The notes: generated from the letters alone by a model not told the origin. A stretch of DNA of 63,562 nt, filler included, from Octopus bimaculoides (GCF_001194135.2; 8 parts of 7 records of this genome joined end to end with filler, not necessarily neighbours in it), one strand, 5' to 3'; numbered from the whole stretch's first letter, positions 25,159 to 37,602 are shown. Made by a program: numbers and translations.

Positions 25159-25376
25159 GAAAAGGTGGTGAGCTGGCAGAATCATTTGCATGTCAGGCAA
25201 AATGCTTAGCAGCATTTCGTCTGTCCTTACATTCTGATTTCAAATTCCACTGAGNNNNNNNNNNTGCCCTTCATCCTTTCAGAGTTGATGAAATAAGTAC
25301 TAGTTACGCATTGGGGTCGATGTAATTGACTATCCCCCTCCCCCAAATTTCAGGTCTTGTGCCTATAGTAGAAAGG

Positions 25377-25418
<42 letters not shown>

Positions 25419-26989
25419 TTTATTATCACTATTATCATTATTATTAATGCTGCTTTGCAGCATTTTATCCATCTTATATTCTGAGTTCAAATGCCACCAA
25501 GGTCGATTTTGCATTTCATCCCTTCAATGCTGATAACATAAGTACCAGTAGAGCACTAGAGTTGATGTAATCGACTATCCCCCTCCCCAAACTTTCAGAG
25601 CTTCTGCCTATAATAGAAAGGATTATTATTATCATCATTCTTGACAAGATAACAGAATCGTTAGTGTGTTGGACAAAATGCTTAGCGACATTTCTTTTGA
25701 CTCTTTATGCTCATAGTTCAAATTTCAATCATTTCAGTGCCATTTGAACAAGAAAGTGATTTTATGTGTAGGAGAATAATAGGAGAGATAAAGTTGTGAG
25801 TCTCGTTTGTGCGAATGTGTATGCATATATGTGTGTGTGGAAGCTATTCAAGTGGAGGTAGTTGAATACATGTGTGTGTGTGTGTGTGTGAGTGCATTGG
25901 TTTCTTAGTGTTTATGTGTGCAGTTATATTTGTTGGCGTGGTGTGTAGGTTGTGTGTAACATTGTATATGTATGTAAATATGTACGTGGATAAAAGGATG
26001 AATGCATGACTTTGTATGTATGTATTCATTGTTTGTTATTTTTAATGTAGATTTTATTGTTTTGAATGTATGTGTGTGTGCATGCATATAGTAGTGTTTT
26101 ATAGTGTGTGTTTGTTTGCAGTGAATATTAGTATGCTTGAAAGTAGAATGTCTATGGGACTGTATTTTTGTGCTGTTGTACATGTGTTGCTTGTGTGTAT
26201 TGCTTGTTATATGTGTGTGAGGAGATAAAATTAGTGCATATGTGTGTATGCATTATTTTTTGTGTGTGCATGAATATTTGCTTTGAATTTTTAATGTCCA
26301 TATAATCATTATCATCTGGTTGAGCTTGCTTGGACATTTTTAACCTGTGCATGCCATCTATCTCAGTCCTGCATTAGTTGAGGGAGGTCTTCGAGGAGGT
26401 ATCCAGTGTTTCTAGTGAGTTGATCTGCATACATTAACACTCATCACACTGATTTCCAACATTTTATGCAATCTTTCAAGCAAGCTACCACACACTTAAC
26501 TCACACATACACACAAAAATATGTTTATATTCATATGTGTGTGTGTGTGCATGTGCGTACGTGTGTGTGTGTGTGTGTGTGTGCATGAGTGCACATATAT
26601 GTGTGTTTATATTCATATCATCATCATTCTATTTAACAAATCCTGTTTTTGTGATTGCTTAGCAATTATGCATCACTGAAATTTAATTAAGACAACAATT
26701 TAATCATGGTCAACTTTTTAGATATTGTGTTAGATTTATACACCAATATATATCACTCTCCTCTCACTATCAATAACAGGGTAAAGAAACATAAGCTACA
26801 CTGTTCAATCATTTACAGAATGTTTCACTATTACAATAGTGCATTATCAGGGGGTAGCTAAAAGCTAAGATTTGTTACATAGGAAACTGCATTCCTGCAA
26901 ACACCGAAAGCAAAGTATCATTAATCACAATCATCATCATCATCATCATTTAACGTCCGCTTTCCATGCTGGCATGGGTTGGACAATGT

Positions 26990-27505
26990 AGGCACCAACA
27001 TCTACAAGAAATTTTTCAAACTATTATTTATGCTTCCTCCATAACCACAGATATCATAAAAATTTCCGTTGGGACAACATAAAACTATGTTATACTTGCA
27101 TCTCAAACTTTACATTGCAATTTAACATCTTTAATGCCAGGAACTGTTCAACCAATAACATTTCCAGCCATCTTTTAACATACAACTGCCACAACTCCAT
27201 AAGATATTCCCTAGATGTGTTTTATTTAATAAAAGAAAAACAAACAAACAAACAAAATAAAACATGAAAATAAAAAATAAAAAAAACAGAGTGCAATAAC
27301 CCCAGATCTGTCAGCTGCACTGGAATTACAGACAACACATTCAAATCCAAAATCAATCAGCATATGCGCTCTCTCTAAAATACAATAAGAATGCCTGATA
27401 AAAACTTATCCAAGTACACTAAGTCACTGAAAGATTATGTATCAACAATTTCACAATCAACTAAAAATATATTAGTACAAGCCAAACTATTCTGTGCAAA
27501 ATGTA
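26990..27505 (+). pseudogene. Penelope-like element C-terminal (linker plus GIY-YIG endonuclease) fossil
   Basis: Across frameshifts: KKFFKLL..HNHRYHKNFRWDNIKLCYTC..YNCHNS..SLD..GITDNTFKSKINQH..KYTKSLKD..INNFTI..LVQAK, resembling PLE GIY-YIG regions. Confidence 0.65.
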
Positions 27506-27694
27506 AGTTCAATGAAGATACATGGTTAGTTTCATTTATTCAGACAACTTGATACTAGCATTGTGAAGTGGTTCATGTAGGGAAGAGTATCTAGATATAG
27601 AAACCATGGCAAAACTTAGATGTCTTAGCAAGACAAAGTCTTTTGACTCATCCAATCAGCATAGATACCAAACATAAATAATGATGATGAGGGT

Positions 27695-28060
27695 CATTGG
27701 CCATGGTATGTATATAGGATGGAGAAAATTCAGAGAGCTTTCACCTCTGTTAGCCACTAAAGGTCTCTCTCACTGAATGAAAGGAAGATTGTATTGTGCA
27801 TGTATATGAACAGCAACACTATGTGGTAGTGAAATGTGGGCCCTGAATGCAGAGTACAAGCAAAGACTAGAGAGGAATGAAGTTAGTATGCTCCACTGGA
27901 TGTGTTACATCAGTGTGCATGTGTGACAGAGTGCTAGTGAATTAAGAGAAAAATTTGGCATAAGTGGAATTAGATACAGTGTACTGGTTTGGTCATGTGA
28001 TATGTATGGATGTAGACAGTTATGTACAGAGTGCTGATCACTTAAAGTGAGCCTTACAAA
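27695..28060 (+). pseudogene. Old RTE ORF2 C-terminal fragment
   Basis: GWRKFRELSPLLATKGLS...GRLYCAC...GSEMWAL...LERNEVSMLHWMC, homologous to the other RTE copies. Confidence 0.8.
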
Positions 28061-28338
28061 AGAGATGCCAAAGGGCCAAGGTATCTGGCGCCTTGCTGAA
28101 CTCAAGAAAACCCATCTACCTCAGCAGAATTGCTACCAGAGCTATGTAAAAAGCACTGGTGCTGATGCTACATAAAACACACTAGTGCTAGTGCCATGTA
28201 AAAAACACTCAGTACACTTGGTAAAGTAGTTGGCATTTGGAAGGACGTCCAGAACAAACAATGAAGCCTAGCGCAGCCCCCGGCCTCCCAGCTCTTGTCA
28301 AACCATCCAATCCATGCCAGCATGGAAAATAGCTGTTA

Positions 28339-28392
<54 letters not shown>

Positions 28393-28608
28393 ATATAAAT
28401 ATATATAATGTACTGTTCTGTGATGAAAAGATCAACAAAAAAGTACACCATGAAACAATTAGTAGCACATAAAAACATATTTTGTGTATATTAAATAAAG
28501 TATACATATACATAGATCGATAGCCACTACACATTCCTTTTTTTTATCACTTTTTTTCTCTCCTTTTTTCTCTCCTTTTTTTCTCTCCTTTTTTTTTCTC
28601 TCCTTGTT

Positions 28609-28646
28609 TCTTTCTGTGGAAGAGTGTAGGCTCGAAATGTTAAAGA
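28609..28646 (+). ncRNA. Minimal type I hammerhead-ribozyme-like motif (degenerate core)
   Basis: Stem I UCUUU/AAAGA; core CUGUGGA plus extra A; stem II GAGU-GUAG-GCUC; GAAA-UG-U-U minimal stem III. A6 is changed to U. Confidence 0.55.
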
Positions 28647-28731
28647 CTTTTTCACTTCCTGAGCGTTATACTAATACATCTGCTTGTTGGCTACACCACC
28701 TGTCTTCATCTTTTGTTCTTTTGTGAATTCT

Positions 28732-28780
<49 letters not shown>

Positions 28781-28814
28781 TGCATATATATATACATACA
28801 CACACACACACACG

Positions 28815-28851
<37 letters not shown>

Positions 28852-31612
28852 TAACGTCTGCTTTCCATGCTAGCATGGGTTGGACAATTTGACTGGAGAC
28901 TGGTAAACTGGATGGCTACACCAGACTCCAATCTGATCTGGCAGAGTTTCTACAGCTGGATGCCCTTTCTAACGCCAACCACTCTGAGAGTGTAGTGGGT
29001 GCTTTTTACATGCCACCGGCATGAAGGCCAGTCCAGCAGTACTGGCAACGGCCACGCACAAATGGTGTTTTTTACGTGCCACCTGCACAAGAGTCACTCC
29101 AATGTTTTGTTCACATGCCTCCACCATGAGTGCCAGTAAGGCAAAGCAGGAAACGATTGCGCTCAAATGGTGCTTTTTACATGTCACTGGCACGAGAGCG
29201 AGACTGCTGCTCTGGCAGTGATCCCGCTTGGATGGTGTTGTTAGCGCTCCAATGGCACAGGTGCCAGTCATCAAGTTTCGATCTCACTTGCCCCAACAGG
29301 TCATCGCAAGCTGAGTTCAGTGTCCAATGAGGGATGGTTGGCATGGATACCAGTCATCAAATTTGGTTCAATTTCGATTTTGATTTCACTTGCCTCGACA
29401 GGTCTTCGCAAGCAGGGTTTTGTGTCCAAAGAAGGAAAGGTACACATAAGTGGGCTGGCTACACCCCTGGTAGAGACCACGGGTTATGGTCTCACTTGTC
29501 TTGCTGGGTCTTCTCACGCACAGCATATTTCCAAAGGTCTCAGTCACTAGTCATTACCTCGGTGAGGCCTAATGTTTGAAGGTCGTGCTTCACCACCTCA
29601 GCCCAGGTCTTCCTAGGTCTACCTCTTCCACAGCTACCTTCAGCCGCTAGGCTGTGGCACTTTTTTCACACAGCTATCCTCATCCATTCTCACCACAATC
29701 GTCTCTCTTGCACACCACAACTGATGCTTCTTATGTTCAACTTTTCTCTCACACTGACATTACACATCCATCGGAGCATACTGGCTTTATTCCTTGTGAG
29801 CTTATGCATGTCCTCAACAGTCACGGCCCATGTTTCACTGCCATGTAGCATGGCTGTTCGTACACATGCGTCATACAGTCTGCCTTTTACTCTGAGCAAG
29901 AGGCCCTTTGTCACCAGCAGAAGTAAGAGCTCTCTGAACTTTGCCCAGGCTATTCTNNNNNNNNNNNNNNNNNNNNNNNNNNNNNNNNNNNNNNNNNNNN
30001 NNNNNNNNNNNNNNNNNNNNNNNNNNNNNNNNNNNNNNNNNNNNNNNNNNNNNNNNNNNNNNNNNNNNNNNNNNNNNNNNNNNNNNNNNNNNNNNNNNNN
30101 NNNNNNNNNNNNNNNNNNNNNNNNNNNNNNNNNNNNNNNNNNNNNNNNNNNNNNNNNNNNNNNNNNNNNNNNNNNNNNNNNNNNNNNNNNNNNNNNNNNN
30201 NNNNNNNNNNNNNNNNNNNNNNNNNNNNNNNNNNNNNNNNNNNNNNNNNNNNNNNNNNNNNNNNNNNNNNNNNNNNNNNNNNNNNNNNNNNNNNNNNNNN
30301 NNNNNNNNNNNNNNNNNNNNNNNNNNNNNNNNNNNNNNNNNNNNNNNNNNNNNNNNNNNNNNNNNNNAGGGCCATCTACCTGAAGGGGTTTGTGGTTTGT
30401 CTACCTTTCTACTTATTAGGACTTTGGTTTTAGCTAGGTTGACTCTAAGGCCCTTTGGTTCTAATCCTTGCTTCCACACCTGAAACTTCTCCTCTAGTTC
30501 TGATAGTGACTCAGCAATTAGAGCAAGGTCATCAGCATAGAGGAGCTCCCAGGGGCATCCTGTCTTGAATTCCTCTGTTATTGCCTGGAGGACTATGATA
30601 AATAGGAGGGGGCTGAGGACTGAAACTTGGTGAACCCCTACCTCTACCTGGAATTCTTCACTGTACTCATTGCCAACCCTCACTTTACTGACAGCGTCCC
30701 TGTACATGGCTTGCACAACCCTCACTAACCATTCATCTATCCCCAGTTTCCTCATTGACCACCAGATAAGGGATCGGGGAACCCTGTCAAAGGCTTTCTC
30801 CATGTCAATGAAAGCCAGGTACAGATGTTTATCTTTTGCTAGGTTTTTCTCCAGCAGCTGTCTTACCAGAAATATAGCATCAGCAGTGCTTTTCCCTGGC
30901 ACGAATCCAAACTGCATCTCATCTAAGCTGACTCTCTCCCTAATTAGTTGGGCTGTGACTCTCTCTGTGACCTTCATTACCTGGTCCAACAACTTGATAC
31001 CTCTGTAACTGTTTGTGTCTAAAGCGTCACCTTTACCTTTGTAGCAATTGACTATGGTGCTGTTACACCAGTCATTGGATATGACTCCTTCGTGTATCAC
31101 CTGGTTAACTATATAGGTAACTAGGCTAGAGCCGACACTGCTAGAGATTTTGAGCATCTCTGCAGTGATTCCTGATGGGCCGGGGGCTTTCTCTGTCTTC
31201 ATACTCTTGATTGCTTTATCTACCAAGGTACTGTCAATTAGGATATCTGGTCCCTCTGTTGGATCAACATCCAGCAGACTCTCTTTCTCCCATTCATTCT
31301 CTTTATTGAGCAACCTTTCATAGTGGTGTCTCCAAACCTCTCTCTTTGCAGCCTCGTTTAGNNNNNNNNNNTTGAGCAACCTTTCATAGTGGTGTCTCCA
31401 AACCTCTCTCTTTGCAGCCTCGTTTAGTGCAAGTGAGCCATCATACATGCGGACACATTTCTCTCCTACGACATGATTCTTTCTCACATACTGACTTGCA
31501 ACACGAAATACTTCAAGTCTTTGGTTCTCATGGTGCAGAACATTGGCAAATTTTTTCTTATCTGCTTCTCCTCTGGCTAAATAAACCTGTCTCCTAGCTT
31601 TCCTTCTGGCAG
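28815..31612 (-). mobile_element. RTE-clade LINE, 5'-truncated, with RT domain, long 3' UTR and (GAT)n tail
   Basis: RT motifs (YRGIKLL, QFGF, DMEKAFDRVP, GVHQ-SVLSPLLF, LYADD) and RTE-type C-terminus (LYDACVRTAMLHGSETW). 3' end reads CCCATGCTAGCATGGAAAG...(GAT)n on the minus strand. Confidence 0.9.
29871..31487 (-). CDS. RTE LINE ORF2 fragment, reverse transcriptase domain (YADD at 30528-30539); spans two N gaps
   Basis: ORF track plus motif recognition. No stops in the sequenced RT domain. Continuity across the gaps is unverified. Confidence 0.8.
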   Translation of the reverse strand: MRKNHVVGEKCVRMYDGSLALNEAAKREVWRHHYERLLXXXXLNEAAKREVWRHHYERLLNKENEWEKESLLDVDPTEGPDILIDSTLVDKAIKSMKTEKAPGPSGITAEMLKISSSVGSSLVTYIVNQVIHEGVISNDWCNSTIVNCYKGKGDALDTNSYRGIKLLDQVMKVTERVTAQLIRERVSLDEMQFGFVPGKSTADAIFLVRQLLEKNLAKDKHLYLAFIDMEKAFDRVPRSLIWWSMRKLGIDEWLVRVVQAMYRDAVSKVRVGNEYSEEFQVEVGVHQVSVLSPLLFIIVLQAITEEFKTGCPWELLYADDLALIAESLSELEEKFQVWKQGLEPKGLRVNLAKTKVLISRKVDKPQTPSGRWPXXXXXXXXXXXXXXXXXXXXXXXXXXXXXXXXXXXXXXXXXXXXXXXXXXXXXXXXXXXXXXXXXXXXXXXXXXXXXXXXXXXXXXXXXXXXXXXXXXXXXXXXXXXXXXXXXXXXXXXXXXXXXXXXXXXXXXXXXXNSLGKVQRALTSAGDKGPLAQSKRQTV

Positions 31613-32367
31613 TATATATTATTTATATATTAGATAAATGTATAGATGAAAAGTGGTTAGAAGCCCATACAAATCAAAAATTATAGTTTAAAAAAGTAAA
31701 TATACTTCTGTGCCTTTTATGGACTCCTCAGTAAATCGTGGGTTTCTGTGACCAATAGGTATTTATATTTTTTTATATTTTAATTAGTTTTGTGGGAGGT
31801 TTTGGAAGGTAACACCCATAATAGTCAAGGGATTATTGTATATATATAAAATATGGGTGTATGTCTGTATATGTATGCATGTATATATATGTATATATTT
31901 GCATAAGTTCATGTATAGATATATATGTATGTGTATGTGCATGTATACATATATGTACGTATGCATCTATTATTTGTTTACTATCCATTTAATGGTGTTA
32001 CTGCAAAGACAAGTTTTACAACTATTTATAGTGTCTCTACTATTCACAAGTGTGGGAACTAGGAATATCAATATTACAATGTCAAATTTAACCTGATATT
32101 TTTGTACTCTATTTCTTTTAGGATAGTCGGAAAATAATGACACAAGCGCACATATGTGCATATACAAATATATCTCAATCTATGTATGTATGTAGGTATA
32201 TATATATGTCTTTGTCTGTATGTACACATTCTTGAACAATAAGTATTAGTGGGTGGTAGAATGTAATGCAAAAGAGCAATTGCACATGCAGACATACAAA
32301 TTCAACATACACACATGCATATTCGCTTGTATCTATAATCATATGTACAAGCATTTATATATGTATG

Positions 32368-32414
<47 letters not shown>

Positions 32415-32459
32415 ACTTGGGGATGGTCATATTGCCAGTTTAGCCAATAAATCTTGCAA

Positions 32460-32504
<45 letters not shown>

Positions 32505-32631
32505 TGGGTGTTTGGGCTAAATTTGACAGATTTTGTATAAAAGGAAAAGAAAACACGATATCCCATCCATAAATAAAGGTATTTTAAAGAATCAAAAACT
32601 ATAAACTGGATTATGGTTGTGAGATAACAGT

Positions 32632-33190
32632 TTACTCAAAGTAGCCTCACTCAGCTTCCATGCTCTCAAGATGGCTCCAGAACTTGGTGCATGCACTCTC
32701 CACTATGTCCCTGCAAAGATCTTCACATACTTCCTTGATCTTGGTCACCAAGCTCAGCCTTGGTGTTGCAGGCAGAGTAGCTGATGACATTCCCAACTAC
32801 ACTCTACACATACTAATCCATGGAATTATAATCAGGAAAATTAGAAGACCAGAAGTTGATACTGGGGAAGTTATAAAAATTCACCAACAACCACTTCTGA
32901 CTCTTTCTGGAGGTATGCAAGGAGCTAAATTCTGCTACCACACACATAACCTTTCAGCAGCAATCCTCTCCAGCCAGGGTTTGACCATAGTCTCCAGCAG
33001 CTTCACATAGCTGTCTGAATCGAGCCTAAGGCTCTGTTCAAAGATGTAGAGTGGCATGATATCACCCTTTCCAGATACCCAAGACCATCACAATTTGATG
33101 AAATTTGGTTTTCATGATATGTAGGACATCACAATAGGTTGTAGGCAAGCCACCTGTTGTTTTGGGTCCTGACAGAAGTTTTTTTCAACC
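32632..33190 (-). pseudogene. Tc1/mariner-superfamily transposase relic, DD37D (maT-type) catalytic region
   Basis: Across frameshifts: KNFCQD..NNRWLA..IMKTKF..VMV..DIMPLYIFEQSLRL..VKPWLERI..APCHTSRKSQKWL..FPDYNSMD..GYFE*. Inferred spacing of 37 residues between the second and third catalytic positions. Confidence 0.8.
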
Positions 33191-33204
33191 AAAAGAAACT
33201 GGAC

Positions 33205-33985
33205 AATTTGCCTTTCATACAATATACCTTTCACTCTGAGGTAGTAGCTCTCTGAACTTTGTCCAGCCTATTCTTATTCTAGTAGCTATGCTTTCAGAAT
33301 AACTTTCACCACTGTTAACTTGATTACCTAAGTAACTGAAACTGTCTACTACTTCTAAGAATCCCCACTGACATTTGAAGGAGTCTATTTTTTGTACATT
33401 TCTGGTGTTTAATGTACCTGAACACTTTCCACATGTAAAGGCTACTTTCTCTATTAGTCTTCCAGTGATACCACTGCACCTCTCATGTATCGATAGCTTG
33501 CACTGGGTACACTATATGGAGTTTCTCCCAACACCTTTTCTACATATTGAACATGGCCATCACCTTGAAGGGAGCTGGGACTTGTCTGTTTTCTTACTCA
33601 TTAGGACTTTGGTCTTTGCTAAATTAATTCTTAGACCCTTTGATTTCAGGCCTTGCTTCTGTGTCTGAAATTTCTTCTCTAGTTCTGGTAGTGATTTTGC
33701 AATAAAACCAAGGTCATCAGCGTAGAGGTGCTCCCAAGGGCAGCCATCTTAAATTCCTGTTATAGCATGGAGGACTATGATAAACAAGAGGGGGCTGAGA
33801 ACCAACCCCTGGTGAACTACTTTACATGTACAGCAAATTCCTTGCTATACTCATTGGTAACTTTCACCTTACTGACAGCATCCCTGTCCATGAGTTTTAC
33901 AGCTCTCACTAACCACTCATCTATCCCTAGCTTCCACATCGCCCACCAGATAAGAAACTGGGGAACCTTGTCAAAGGCTTAGGAC
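33205..33985 (-). pseudogene. Degenerate RTE ORF2 fragment (RT domains 4-7, PHD-like finger, C-terminus)
   Basis: Homologous to 29.9-30.8 kb. Contains the YADD region and CSIC-x10-CTQC-x4-H-x2-C-x14-CGKC, with in-frame stops. Confidence 0.85.
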
Positions 33986-33992
33986 CCTGTCA

Positions 33993-34024
<32 letters not shown>

Positions 34025-34224
34025 ATGAATTTATATATATATACATCTTTCAAGGTTTTCCTCTTCCATTTGCTTTATTCACTTTGAGCATCCAGTGGCT
34101 TTTGATACAGCTGTCATCATCCACTCATATTATATGCCTGTACTAATGCAGTCCTGTTTTCTTCTCAGATTATATCTGATTTCTCTTGTAGCAACACACT
34201 CAGCATATATTAGATTATGCAAAT

Positions 34225-34959
34225 GAATCATCATCATCATCATCGTTTAACGTCCGTTTTCCATGCTAGCATGGGTTGGACGGTTTGACTGGGGTCTGGG
34301 AAGCCAGGAGGTTGCACCAGGCTCCAGTCTGATCTGGCAGTATTTCTACAGTTGGACGCCCTTCCTAATGCCAACCACTCCGTGAGTGTAGTGGGTGCTT
34401 TTTACGTGCCACCAGCATAGAGGCCAGAGGAGGCTGGCAACAGCCACGATCAGTTGGTGCTTTTTACATGCCACCAGCATAGATACCAGTCAAGGTGGCG
34501 CTGGCATCGGCCACATTCGGATGGTGCTTTTTATGTGCCACTGGCACGGGTATCACAACTACAATTTCCATTTGATTTTCATTTTGATGTTGATGTACTT
34601 GCCTCAATAGGTCTCCTCAAGCACAGCAGGTCACCCTACGATCCAAAGTACTTTTAAATGGGCTGGGGATGGTTATGCAAAACTGATGTAGGATACAGCC
34701 ATGAACTCACTTTATTTACTGGGTCTTCGCAGTCACAGCATATCTCCAGAGTTCTCGGTCTTTTGTCATTGCCTATGTGAGGCCCAACGTTCAAAGGTCA
34801 TGCTTCACTACCTCATCCCATGTCTTTCTGGGTCTACCTCTACTCCGGATTCCTTCAACTGTTTGGGAAGGGCACCTCTTCACACAGCTCTCCTCATCCA
34901 TTCATAGTATATGACCATACCAGCGCAAGCATCTCTTTTGCACACCACATCTGATGCTT

Positions 34960-34965
<6 letters not shown>
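34225..34965 (-). mobile_element. RTE LINE 3' UTR fragment with (GAT)n tail
   Basis: Collinear with 28815-29750 (same tail and GGTGCTTTTTACGTGCCACC subrepeats). Confidence 0.85.
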
Positions 34966-34993
<28 letters not shown>

Positions 34994-34994
34994 A

Positions 34995-35205
34995 TCTTTT
35001 CTACTCTAGGCACAATGCCCGAAATTTTGGGGAGAGGGAACCAGTCGATTAGATCGACCCCAGAATGCAACTGGTACTTAATTTATCGACCCCAAAAGGA
35101 TGAAAGGCAACGTCGACTTCAGTGGAATTTGAACTCAGAATGAAAAGACAGACAAAATACTGCTAAGCATTTCACCCGGTGTGCTAGCGTTTCTGCCAGC
35201 ATGCC
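34995..35205 (-). mobile_element. SINE family B, near full length
   Basis: Reverse complement of the family B consensus seen at 25165-25380. Confidence 0.8.
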
Positions 35206-36190
35206 ACTTTTATATATATAATGAGATATGTATATGTGTGTGTGTGTAAGTAGATTGTTGATAAAAAGACAGACAAAATATAGACGTAGATATGAACATG
35301 TTAAATGTGACTTTGCATAAATATATTTTAATCAATGCTGCTACATGCAACAGCTGTCTGACTGTCTCACTATCTTTCTATATGGATCATCCTGATCATC
35401 GTCATCATAATTCAATACCCATGTTCCACGCGTGCATGTGCGTGTATGTCTTTAACCTTTACAGATGTCCCCACCACCAATTGTCTTTACGTCCCCATAA
35501 TTTAGCAGTTAAAAGTGACTAATAGAATAAATACCAGAATTAAAAAAGGAAAATAAGTACAGGGGATGATTCATTCAACAAAAAATTCTTTATGTTGTGG
35601 CCCAACATGACCACAGTCTAATGACAGAAACAAGTAAAAGATAAAAGATAACTTAATCTGCAAACTATAATAATAGTAGATAACTAGTTTAATAGGAAGA
35701 TATGTTGCATAGTGGTTAGTGTGTTGGCTTCGCAATCATAAGGTTGTGGTTTCAGTTCTTGAACTGGATGGCACATTGGGTCCTTGAGCAAAGCACATCA
35801 TTTCATGTTGCTCAAGTCTACTCACCAGCTAAGTACTGGTGTGATCCTCTCTATCTCTCTTGCTGGATGTTCCATTGTGTTAAGGATAGAAGGACCAAGA
35901 GGGTGCCTATGCCCATTCATGACAAAATAGACATCTACTAAAACGATTAGTTAAAACACAATGCAAGCTAGCAGGTTAAAGCTACCTGTGAGTGAGGTCT
36001 ACGTTTGCACCACCTATTTAACAGTTTTCTTACATACATCCTTTCACGTCACACAAACATAGATGGAGACCAACAAATTCATTTAATTTTCAAAACAAAA
36101 CTTTTGCACAAATTCAACTAATCTGTAAACTAATTTAGAAATTATCAGTGCTTCTGAGTGTGTACATATATATATATATATATGTACATA

Positions 36191-36225
<35 letters not shown>

Positions 36226-36288
36226 GCATGCTTATATATGTGTGTGTGTGTATGTATATATATAAATGTGTGTGTGTGTGCATATATA

Positions 36289-36347
<59 letters not shown>

Positions 36348-36370
36348 ATGTATATATGTATATACGTATA

Positions 36371-36408
<38 letters not shown>

Positions 36409-36448
36409 ACACAGTACTTATTCCATGTCTTGTTTGGATTGACTACTC

Positions 36449-36487
<39 letters not shown>

Positions 36488-37474
36488 TTTGTGTTTCAAT
36501 TCACTTGCCTGTCTGTCTGTGTGTCTATATACATTGTGTTTTCATCCAATCCTATGTCATGGCTGAAATGTCAGCCAAGACGTTTGTTTAGTCTAAACCA
36601 GTCTTATTCATATTGTTATCAACAAAACAGGTTTCAATATTAACACCTACAACATTTTTTAAATAGTTTTATAAGATTTTAATTGTGACTATTTTATCAA
36701 GAAGTTTGTATCATAGCTATGTAGTGACAGGTTCAATCCCAATACACTGTGTCTAAGGCAAGTGTCTACTACTAGAGCTTCAGGAATGTCAATGTCTTGT
36801 CAGTGAAATTTGAAGGATAAGAAGTTTGCAGAAGTTTGCAGAAGTTTGCTGTATGTGTGTGTGTGTGTGTGTGTACGCNNNNNNNNNNGGGGGGGGGGGT
36901 GTTAGTACTTTTATAAGTCTGGGTGTGACTGTGTGTGTGCTTGAGTCTCCTTGTCTTGATATTCCATGATAGTTGTAAATGAGTGTTACTGTCATACAAC
37001 AGTGTTATTCATTTCCAATATTCTGCAAAAACATGCCTGACCATAGGGAAATATTACCTTCTTTAGAAAAAGGTTAGGGTCAGCAACAGGAAGGTCAGCT
37101 GGCTGTATAGTTAGATCTGTCTCATAAAACTTCGTCCAACACATGCAAGCATGGGAAAGTGGATGTTAAACAATGATAATGATGCTATATCATATTCATT
37201 AGCAGCATCAGATTTTGTTCATTTTCTATACTGGTAAGAATGGGATGGGGCCATCACAGTCCGAATCATTTCATATTAGGAGCCACTGCTGCTGTCATAG
37301 ACAGTACGCAGATGTGTCATTTAGCTTAGCTTCTATGGCTGGATGCCTTCATATCACCAGTTACAGTACAGTGTGTCCAGGTGCATTTTGTCTAACACTA
37401 GAGAGATTAATTGACAGGTTCACAGAGAGACAAGACTAAAAGAACCTTTCAGTCGTATGCCTTCTCCAGTCAAG

Positions 37475-37566
37475 GGACAGAGAGGTGACAGCTGGAAGGC
37501 TAAAGTAGGTGGGCAAAGGGAACAAGAATGTAACCTAAGATTATATTTTTGCATATGCAAACAAAG

Positions 37567-37602
<36 letters not shown>

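Noticed and set aside
31322-31420. Apparent duplication LNEAAKREVWRHHYERLL in the RTE ORF
   Set aside because: The two copies flank a 10-N gap and are identical, so this is an uncollapsed contig overlap. The same applies to the duplication around 47705-47713.
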